Positions 57,159 through 64,000 of a DNA stretch of 64,000 nt are shown here, piece after piece (position 1 is the stretch's first letter; each line of letters starts with the position of its first letter). The DNA is taken from the NCBI GenBank assembly GCA_043827405.1, contig JBDRPD010000062.1, positions 32,001 through 96,000 of the forward strand. The letters are read 5' to 3'. The notes beneath the pieces were generated by a model. The model searched no databases. It saw only the letters and a list, made by a program, of their open reading frames with translations, and was not told where the DNA came from. The translations under genes and the position numbers were made by a program. This DNA comes from Elusimicrobiota bacterium. Lineage in GTDB: Bacteria > Elusimicrobiota > Elusimicrobia > UBA1565.

Positions 57159-58063
57159 CGGGCAAGGTCGTCTCAATGCGGGAGGCCGTGGCCTCCTGCG
57201 TGCAGGACGGCGCGACGGTCGTCATCGAGGGGTTCACGCACCTCATCTGCTTCGCGGCGGCGCACGAGATCATCCGGCAGGGGCGGCGGGACCTGACCGT
57301 CTGCCGCCTGACGCCGGACCTCATCTACGACCAGTTGATCGGCGCGGGCTGCGTGAAGAAGCTGGTCTTCTCCTGGGCCGGCAATCCCGGCGCCGGCTCG
57401 CTGCATGCCTTCCGCCGGGCGCTGGAGGGCAAATCCGATAAGCCTCTCGAGATCGAGGAGTACTCGCACTTCGGCATGGTCGCGCGCTTTCAGGCCGGTG
57501 CGGCCAACCTGCCGTTCTGGCCGCTGCGCAACTTTATGGGCACCGATCTCCCCGTCGTCAACGACCGCATCAAGAGCGTGACCTGCCCGTTTACCGGCGA
57601 GGTCCTCGCCGCGGTGCCGGCGCTCAACCCCGACGTGACCATCATCCACGCCCAGCGCGCCGACAAAAACGGGAACGCGCAGGTCTGGGGGCTGCTGGGG
57701 GTGCAGAAAGAAGCGGCCTTCGCCTCCAAGAAGGTGATCGTGGTCGTCGAGGAACTGGTTGACGAGCAGGTCGTGCGCTCCGATCCGAACCGGACCTTGA
57801 TCCCGGGCGCCATCGTCAGCGCCGTGGTCGTTGAGCCTTTCGGCGCCCATCCTTCCTTCGCCCAAGGCTACTACGACCGCGACAACGCCTTCTACCTGTC
57901 GTGGGAGAAGATCGCGCGCGACCCCAAGGACTTCGCCAAGTACCTCGACGAGTTCGTCATGGGCGTCAGCGGCCGGGCCGAGTACATGGAAAAGCAGGAA
58001 GGGCTCGCCGCGCGGCTCAAGGCGGATCAGCGCGTCTGCGCCGGGGTGAACTATGGCTTCTGA
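57155..58063 (+). CDS. catI: CoA-transferase subunit A, CatI/GctA type (3-oxoadipate/glutaconate CoA-transferase)
   Basis: EGFTHLI, HEIIRQG, TPDLIYDQLIGAGC, SWAGNPG, CPFTGE, GVQKEAA, GYYDRDN match the CatI-type sequence as I recall it. Confidence 0.85.
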   Translation: MTGKVVSMREAVASCVQDGATVVIEGFTHLICFAAAHEIIRQGRRDLTVCRLTPDLIYDQLIGAGCVKKLVFSWAGNPGAGSLHAFRRALEGKSDKPLEIEEYSHFGMVARFQAGAANLPFWPLRNFMGTDLPVVNDRIKSVTCPFTGEVLAAVPALNPDVTIIHAQRADKNGNAQVWGLLGVQKEAAFASKKVIVVVEELVDEQVVRSDPNRTLIPGAIVSAVVVEPFGAHPSFAQGYYDRDNAFYLSWEKIARDPKDFAKYLDEFVMGVSGRAEYMEKQEGLAARLKADQRVCAGVNYGF

Positions 58064-58832
58064 GACTCTCGACTATACGCTGAGCGAGATGATGGCCGTG
58101 GTTTCGGCGCGGGAGCTCAAGGACGGCGAAGTGGTTTTCGTCGGCATCGGCCTGCCCAACTTGGCCTGCAATTTGGCGCGCGTGACGCATGCCCCCAATC
58201 TGACCTTGATCTACGAGTCCGGCGCCGTGGGCGCCGTGCCTGAGCGGCTGCCGGTCTCGATCGGCGATCCGGCCCTGGTGACGGGTTCGCTCATGGTGGC
58301 GACCATGCCCGATATTTTTCAGTATTTCCTGCAGGGCGGCAAGATCGACGCCGGATTCCTCGGCGGCGCCCAGATCGACCGCTGGGGGAATATCAATACC
58401 ACGGTGATCGGGGACTACGCCAAGCCGAAGGTGCGCCTGCCGGGAAGCGGCGGCGCTCTTGAGATCGCCGTTCACTCGAAGCGGACGCTTATCATCAGCA
58501 AGTTGTCCAAGCGGGTGTTTCCGGAGGCGGTGGACTTCGTGACCAGCCCCGGCTACCGCTACCGCGGCAGGAGCCGCAAGGAGTTCGGCATGCCGGGCGC
58601 GGGACCGGTTAAGGTTATCACCGACAAGTGCATTCTCGCAGCCGATCCGGAGTCCGGGGAGATGACGCTGTCCGCGCTTTATCCGGGGGTCGAAGCCGCG
58701 GAGGTTCGCGACAGCGTGGGCTGGGACCTTAAAGTCCGGCCGACGCTTGGCGGTGTCGAACCGCCGACCGCGGAAGAGCTGCGGCTGCTGCGCGAAGAGC
58801 TCGATCCCGATAAGCTTTTCCTCAAGGGCTGA
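58053..58832 (+). CDS. catJ: CoA-transferase subunit B, CatJ/GctB type
   Basis: FVGIGLP, LIYESG (catalytic Glu), SIGD, LQGG, GNINTTVIGDYAKPKVRLPGSGGA. Confidence 0.85.
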   Translation: MASETLDYTLSEMMAVVSARELKDGEVVFVGIGLPNLACNLARVTHAPNLTLIYESGAVGAVPERLPVSIGDPALVTGSLMVATMPDIFQYFLQGGKIDAGFLGGAQIDRWGNINTTVIGDYAKPKVRLPGSGGALEIAVHSKRTLIISKLSKRVFPEAVDFVTSPGYRYRGRSRKEFGMPGAGPVKVITDKCILAADPESGEMTLSALYPGVEAAEVRDSVGWDLKVRPTLGGVEPPTAEELRLLREELDPDKLFLKG

Positions 58833-58837
58833 GCCGC

Positions 58838-59434
58838 GTGACGCGCAACGTCTACGTCTTTCGTCACGGCGAGACGGATTGGAATGCCGAGCGGCGGCTG
58901 CAGGGGCATTCCGACGTGAAGCTCAATGCCGCCGGCCGCGAGCAGGCCCGGGACCTGGCCAAGCTTCTGCGCCCCCTGGACCTCCCAGCGGTGCTGTGCT
59001 CCGATTTATCGCGTGCGGCGGAGACCGCGCGCATCGTCTTTTCTGACGCCCCGGAGCTGATCCAATACAAGCGCGAGCTCCGGGAAGCCTATCTCGGCAA
59101 GCTGCAGGGTACGCTGCGCAGCGAGTATGAACGTGTTCACGGCAAGGAGCAGTTCTCCCGCTGGCTGTCGGTGAAGGACGAGGATCAGGATTTCTGCTTT
59201 CCCGGGGGCGAGACCAAGCTGCAGCATCTTGCGCGGGTGCGGACCTGCCTCGAGTCCTACCTCGCCGTTCACGACTTCGCGCGGATCGGCGTCTGCACTC
59301 ACGGCGGGACCATCCGGCGCTTCGTCCATTTTGTCCGGGGGTCCGGCGCCGAGCCCGTATCCATCGCCAACTGCGCGGTCTACCACCTGAAATACGACGG
59401 TGTTCGCTGGGCTTACGTCGGGAAGCTGTCCTGA
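58838..59434 (+). CDS. histidine phosphatase family protein
   Basis: RHGETDWN, SDLSRA, LRE, THGG. Confidence 0.9.
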   Translation: MTRNVYVFRHGETDWNAERRLQGHSDVKLNAAGREQARDLAKLLRPLDLPAVLCSDLSRAAETARIVFSDAPELIQYKRELREAYLGKLQGTLRSEYERVHGKEQFSRWLSVKDEDQDFCFPGGETKLQHLARVRTCLESYLAVHDFARIGVCTHGGTIRRFVHFVRGSGAEPVSIANCAVYHLKYDGVRWAYVGKLS

Positions 59435-59436
59435 AA

Positions 59437-60264
59437 TTAGTTGAAAACGACGTTCTTTTGGAAACGGCTCTTGAGGATCGCGCCTTGCGCCGGGTAGTTT
59501 TTAAGTTCGCGGTCGAGTTCCTGCAGCCGCTGCGCCAGCGGCGGGTGGCGGCTGTCAAAAGAACCCTTGCTGGGCGCGTGCTCGCCGCCGTAGAGGCGCT
59601 TGAGCGCCGCCGGCAGGCCGTCCGGGTGATAGCCGCTCGCCGCCAGTATCCCCAGCCCCTTATGATCGGACGCGGTTTCCTGCTGGCGGGAATAGCCCTT
59701 GTCGGCGATGTACTCGACGGCGAGCTCGGCGAGCCGGTGGGCGCCGCCGCCGCCATTGAGCTTCTCCAATCCCAATCCCGCGCCCTTCATTACGCGGATC
59801 CCTTGGATGGCATGCTTGTCGTCGACGTGTACGATTTCATGCGCCAGCACGCCGGCGAGCTGGGCTTCGTTGCCCAAGCGCTGCAGCAGGCCCCGGGTTA
59901 CAAAGACATAGCCGCCGGGAGCGGCATAGGCGTTGACTGAGCGGGAGTTCAGGATGCCGAAATGATAGGTCATGCCGCCGCGTTTCGCCTTGCGGATCAG
60001 CGTGTTCCCTACCAGGCCGACATAGCGCGTCAGCGCGTCGTCTTCGTAGATGCCGAAGCGGCCGATGAGCCGGGCGGCGACCTCGCGGCCGAGCTCCCTC
60101 TCGCTTTCCGGCGTCAGGTGAAACTCGGCGGCGATTTCCGCGCCCTTCTGCAGATACTTCTCCCCTTTACGGCCGAGCTCCTTGAGCTCATACTTGCGCT
60201 CAGCGCGGGAAGGGGCGAGTCCGGCAAGCAGCAGGGCGGCGGAGAGAACGGCGGCGCGCCTCAA
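59437..60264 (-). CDS. M48 family zinc metallopeptidase, secreted
   Basis: NAYAAPGG, LAHEIVH, YSRQQETASD, SRHP. Confidence 0.9.
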   Translation of the reverse strand: MRRAAVLSAALLLAGLAPSRAERKYELKELGRKGEKYLQKGAEIAAEFHLTPESERELGREVAARLIGRFGIYEDDALTRYVGLVGNTLIRKAKRGGMTYHFGILNSRSVNAYAAPGGYVFVTRGLLQRLGNEAQLAGVLAHEIVHVDDKHAIQGIRVMKGAGLGLEKLNGGGGAHRLAELAVEYIADKGYSRQQETASDHKGLGILAASGYHPDGLPAALKRLYGGEHAPSKGSFDSRHPPLAQRLQELDRELKNYPAQGAILKSRFQKNVVFN

Positions 60265-62237
60265 AGCATTTTCTCTTGCTCGAAGATGCGGGCGTCCTCC
60301 CAGAAGATAAAGGCGCCAAAGAGCAGAAAGAGCAGGCCCAGCGGCAGCAGCGCGCCGGTCCCCTGCAGCCGCTCTCGCAGCTTGGCGAAGGGCTGTTCGC
60401 TCATGCGTCGGAAGGCGGATTTTTTCTTCTCAGCAGCGGCCGCGGTCTTGGCGGCGGCGGCGGTCGCGCTCATCTCTACCGCGATCCCGTCGGAGGACAT
60501 CATCTGGTCGACGGCCTCGCTGCGCTGCTGCTGCGCCGCGACGGGCCGGGCGCCGTCTTTCTGCTGCTTGTCCATTTCCGGCTGGTAGTTCGCGGCGGCG
60601 GCGAAAAAAAGCGCGGCAGCGCCGCAGAGGACGAAGAAAAAGGTGCGGATAGGGACGGCCTCTTCGGGATGGGTGCTGCGGTTCTTGAACAGCGCCAGGA
60701 AGTAGAAACATGCGCCGGCCAAGGCCAGGACAGGAGCCCGTTGATGGCGGGCTTGTGCGTCAAGCAGGACGCGCCAGGTGAGGCTGTCGGGAAGGCCGAA
60801 CTGAAAGGCGGCGGCGGCCGACAGCGCCGAGAACAAGAGCACTCCGACGATCGTCAGCCGGCTCTTGCGCGACTGGGAGGCCAGGCGCACCGTCATGAGA
60901 AAGCCGAATACGGACAGCGGCAGGAATATCGCGCGGCCGGCCGCGGCCAAGGACTCCGGCGTGGGCGGTGCGCCTTGGATGCCGGCGAAATACAGCTGCG
61001 CGACGCCGAGACTCAGCAGGGCGAGCGAGACGACGCCGAGACCGGCGGGAGCGGCGCCCGCCGAAGCGAGGGTCAAGAGGACCGGGGCGCTCAGGTAGAC
61101 CAGGTCCTTCATCCCGGCGAAGACGGCGCTGGCGCCCGTCGCGAGCCACAGCACGGCGGAGACCAGCGGCTTCCAGCTGACGGGATTAAGCGCATGCGGA
61201 TCGTCAGGATCATCGATCTCTTGGAAAGTTTCGCCGGGAGAATCCGCCGGCGGCAGCGGGGTGCGTAAAGTCGGCGTCATGCCGCCCGGGTTGGGCGCGG
61301 GGATCGGTACCGCCGCTCCTTCCACGTGCGTGGGAGACGGACGCTTGCCGGGCGTTATGATGCCGAGGTCGATGACTTGGCCGCCGGTCATCATTTCGTT
61401 GGCGTCGCCGACGACCATGCCCGGGGAGTTGAGCGCCTGCAGAAGTTCCGTTACGTCCTTGTAGCGCTCCGCCGGCTTCTTGGCCATCATCTTCATGATG
61501 ACCTCGGCGGCCATGGTGCTCACGTCGGGATGAACCGAGCGGGCATCCGGTACCGGATTATTGCAGTGCATGGCCACGATATCCTGCGGCGTCGGGCCCA
61601 TAAACGGCGGCTGCCCCGTGATCATGTGAAAATAGGTCGCGCCCATAGCGTAGATATCGCAGCGGCCATCCACCGCCTGGCCGTATATCTGCTCCGGCGC
61701 CATGTAGAGCGGCGTGCCGATAACTTCGGCGGCCTGGGCTTTGCCCGCAGGGTCCGTCTTGAGCGCCAAGCCGAAGTCGGCGAGGCGGATAGCGCCGTCT
61801 TTGGCCAGCAGGATGTTGGAGGGTTTGATGTCGCGGTGGACGATGCCGTGCTTATGCGCTTCCTGCAGCCCTTCGAGCGAGGCTTTGATGATCTGCAGGC
61901 AGCGCAGCGGTTCGATCTTGCCCGAACGTCCGAGCAGGTCCTCGGCGGTCTCACCGTCGACGAACTGCATGACGATGTAGTTGAGGTTGTTCTCCGCTCC
62001 CACGTCGTAGACCTGGGTGATGCGGGGATGTTCGAGGCGCGCCGCCGCCCGCGCTTCCAGCTGGAAGGATTCCACCGCGCCCGGACGGGCGGCGACTTTG
62101 GGATAAAGGAACTTGATGACGACGACGCGATCGAGGCGGACATGATGGGCCTGGTAGGCGACGCCCATGCCGCCCTCGCCAAGCTTCTTGAGGATTTGGC
62201 AGCCGCCGACTGTTTTGCCAATCATGGGATCGGGCAT
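60261..62237 (-). CDS. Hanks-type Ser/Thr protein kinase with multi-pass C-terminal membrane domain
   Basis: LGEGGMG, VIK, HRDIKPSN, DFG, GTPLYMAPE; about eight hydrophobic segments downstream. Confidence 0.93.
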   Translation of the reverse strand: MPDPMIGKTVGGCQILKKLGEGGMGVAYQAHHVRLDRVVVIKFLYPKVAARPGAVESFQLEARAAARLEHPRITQVYDVGAENNLNYIVMQFVDGETAEDLLGRSGKIEPLRCLQIIKASLEGLQEAHKHGIVHRDIKPSNILLAKDGAIRLADFGLALKTDPAGKAQAAEVIGTPLYMAPEQIYGQAVDGRCDIYAMGATYFHMITGQPPFMGPTPQDIVAMHCNNPVPDARSVHPDVSTMAAEVIMKMMAKKPAERYKDVTELLQALNSPGMVVGDANEMMTGGQVIDLGIITPGKRPSPTHVEGAAVPIPAPNPGGMTPTLRTPLPPADSPGETFQEIDDPDDPHALNPVSWKPLVSAVLWLATGASAVFAGMKDLVYLSAPVLLTLASAGAAPAGLGVVSLALLSLGVAQLYFAGIQGAPPTPESLAAAGRAIFLPLSVFGFLMTVRLASQSRKSRLTIVGVLLFSALSAAAAFQFGLPDSLTWRVLLDAQARHQRAPVLALAGACFYFLALFKNRSTHPEEAVPIRTFFFVLCGAAALFFAAAANYQPEMDKQQKDGARPVAAQQQRSEAVDQMMSSDGIAVEMSATAAAAKTAAAAEKKKSAFRRMSEQPFAKLRERLQGTGALLPLGLLFLLFGAFIFWEDARIFEQEKML

Positions 62238-62305
62238 AATCGATTAAGTATGAGAATAGCAGTACATTTAGCTGTTGGCAAGTCATCATTTGCTAAAATG
62301 AGCAC

Positions 62306-63664
62306 ATGAAAAAAGCGGCACGCACGAGCAAAATGAAAGCGCAGGTTTCCGAACAGCCCTTCAAATATCCCATCGCCAAGCCCTTCGCGGAGCCGGACTG
62401 GCGTCGTTTTGCGGTCTGGAAGGATGCTTCACGCGCGGACTGGGAGAGCGCGCTGTGGCAGCGGCGCCATTCGATCAAGAACCTCAAGGAGTTCAAGACC
62501 GCGTTCGGCGAGCATCTCGCGGACGATCTGCTGGCCGACATCGACCGGGATCAGCAGCAGTTCGCGACCATGTCGATGCTGATCCCTCCGCAGATGATCA
62601 ACACCATGGATGAGAAGGATCTGCGCGCAGATCCCGTCCGCCGCTATATGGCGCCCGCCGCCAGCGAGCGCCATCCCGAGTGGTCGAATCACCCCAAGGC
62701 TTCGCGCGACAGCCTGCACGAAGCCGACATGTGGGCCGTCGAAGGACTGACGCACCGCTATCCGACCAAGGTGCTGGCCGAACTGCTGCCGACCTGCCCG
62801 CAGTACTGCGGGCACTGCACGCGGATGGACTTGGTGGGCAATAATACGCCGCAGGTGCAGAAGGTCGGCTTCGCCATGAAACCGAAGGAGCGCTACGCGG
62901 CGATTCTCGACTACCTGCGCCGGACGAAGTCGGTGCGCGACGTCGTCATCTCCGGGGGAGATATCGCGAACCTGCCCATTCAGGTGCTCGAGCCGTTCGT
63001 AAACTCGGTCATGGAACTCCCCAATGTCCGGGATGTCCGGCTTGCAACCAAGGGCCTGATGGGGCTGCCGCAGCACTTCCTGCAGGATGAGGTGCTTAAA
63101 GGCTTCGAGCGCATCGCCAAGAAGGCGCATGAATGCGGCGTCGAAATCGCCGTCCATACGCACGTCAACAGCGCGCGTCAGCTGACCCCGCTGGTCGCTA
63201 AAGCCGTGCGTAAGCTCCTGGATATGGGCTACCGCGACGTGCGCAACCAGGGGGTGCTGATGCGCGGCGTCAACGCGACCGCGAAGGATCTGCTGGAGCT
63301 GTGCTTCACTTTGCTCGACCATGCCAAGATCATGCCGTACTACTTCTACATGTGCGACATCATCCCCAACTCCGAGCATTGGCGCCTCGCCGTATGGGAG
63401 GCGCAGCAGCTGCAGCATGACATCATGGGCTATCTCCCGGGCTTCGCGACCCCGCGTATCGTCTGCGACGTGCCGTTTGTCGGGAAGCGCTGGGTTCAGC
63501 AGTGCGGCGGCTATGACCGGGAAAAAGGAATATCCTGCTGGACCAAGAACTACCGCACCAGCATTGAGGCGGACGATCCCGATGCGCTGACGCGCAAGTA
63601 TGAGTATTTCGATCCGATCTATACGCTGCCGCCCGCCGGACAGGAATACTGGAGCAAGCAATAG
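62306..63664 (+). CDS. kamA: lysine 2,3-aminomutase (KamA-family radical SAM/PLP enzyme)
   Basis: GLTHRYPTKVL, CPQYCGHCTR, SGGD, HTHVN, RNQGVLMRGVN, PYYFYMCD, VGK. Confidence 0.88.
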   Translation: MKKAARTSKMKAQVSEQPFKYPIAKPFAEPDWRRFAVWKDASRADWESALWQRRHSIKNLKEFKTAFGEHLADDLLADIDRDQQQFATMSMLIPPQMINTMDEKDLRADPVRRYMAPAASERHPEWSNHPKASRDSLHEADMWAVEGLTHRYPTKVLAELLPTCPQYCGHCTRMDLVGNNTPQVQKVGFAMKPKERYAAILDYLRRTKSVRDVVISGGDIANLPIQVLEPFVNSVMELPNVRDVRLATKGLMGLPQHFLQDEVLKGFERIAKKAHECGVEIAVHTHVNSARQLTPLVAKAVRKLLDMGYRDVRNQGVLMRGVNATAKDLLELCFTLLDHAKIMPYYFYMCDIIPNSEHWRLAVWEAQQLQHDIMGYLPGFATPRIVCDVPFVGKRWVQQCGGYDREKGISCWTKNYRTSIEADDPDALTRKYEYFDPIYTLPPAGQEYWSKQ

Positions 63665-63668
63665 GTTA

Positions 63669-63857
63669 ATGTTTTACCGGATGCCGAAAGGCGACGGCGC
63701 GTTTCTCGCCGGGCTCTTGGTCTTTTCCGCCTTGGCCTTTCTCATTCCGGCGCTGCGCACCGCCAAGTTTGCGGGCGTCGCATATTTCGGCTGGTGGATG
63801 GCCGCCCTGATGTTTCTGGGACCGCTGTGGGCGCTGCTGCGGATGCTTAAGAAATGA
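63669..63857 (+). CDS. small two-TM membrane protein, probable accessory subunit of the downstream symporter
   Basis: 62 aa with two hydrophobic helices; ATGA overlap with the SSS gene. Confidence 0.7.
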   Translation: MFYRMPKGDGAFLAGLLVFSALAFLIPALRTAKFAGVAYFGWWMAALMFLGPLWALLRMLKK

Positions 63858-64000
63858 GCGTCGAAGCGGTCCTGGTCGTTCTCTATCTCGCGTGCTGCAT
63901 CGCTATCGGCGTCTATTTCGCGCGTCAAGGCCTGTCCTCGCAGGAGGAATACTGGGTCGCGGGGCGCAATATCGGCGTCGCCGCCAATGCCATGGCGATC
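63854..64000 (+). CDS. sodium:solute symporter (SSS family), truncated by the window end
   Basis: MSVEAVLVVLYLACCIAIGVYFARQGLSSQEEYWVAGRNIG matches SSS TM1 plus the EYxVAGR motif. Confidence 0.8.
   Translation, partial: MSVEAVLVVLYLACCIAIGVYFARQGLSSQEEYWVAGRNIGVAANAMAI

Noticed and set aside
62306..63664. EF-P modification enzyme EpmB
   Set aside because: 452 aa is longer than typical EpmB, no efp or epmA is adjacent, and it is followed by a transporter; a catabolic KamA fits better, though the substrate is unproven.

Overview
GC-rich bacterial chromosomal segment with about 60 CDS. No rRNA, tRNA, CRISPR array or intact mobile element was seen. The lineage is probably Elusimicrobiota, inferred only from my recollection of the gene families present (PorV/PorQ-like barrel, GYF-like/coiled-coil/propeller protein, small Ig-like protein). 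Housekeeping content includes pgm-eno-ftsB-lgt-rluA, kbl, ligA, ribD-ribE-ribBA-ribH-nusB, era, hemW, GTP-PEPCK, amidase and valS. Accessory content includes a complete cyanophycin locus (isoaspartyl peptidase divergent from cphB-cphA) and three toxin-antitoxin loci (a decayed BrnT with orphan antitoxin, a RelE/HigB-type addiction module, and HipBST). The best candidate for an undescribed system is at 52.8-64 kb: two class III aminotransferases, a P5C-dehydrogenase-like ALDH and a CatIJ-type 3-oxoadipate CoA-transferase lie near a lysine 2,3-aminomutase and a solute:Na+ symporter. Together these would form a chemically coherent route lysine -> beta-lysine -> pyrroline-5-acetate -> 3-aminoadipate -> 3-oxoadipate -> 3-oxoadipyl-CoA; this is a hypothesis. 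Other oddities are a PurH with many catalytic residues replaced, a 25-bp inverted repeat enclosing two abutting DnaA-like boxes, a probable ATC start codon, widespread leaderless-type promoters, and an aldolase with a microcompartment-type C-terminal peptide. All family assignments come from motif recognition by eye, not from database searches.
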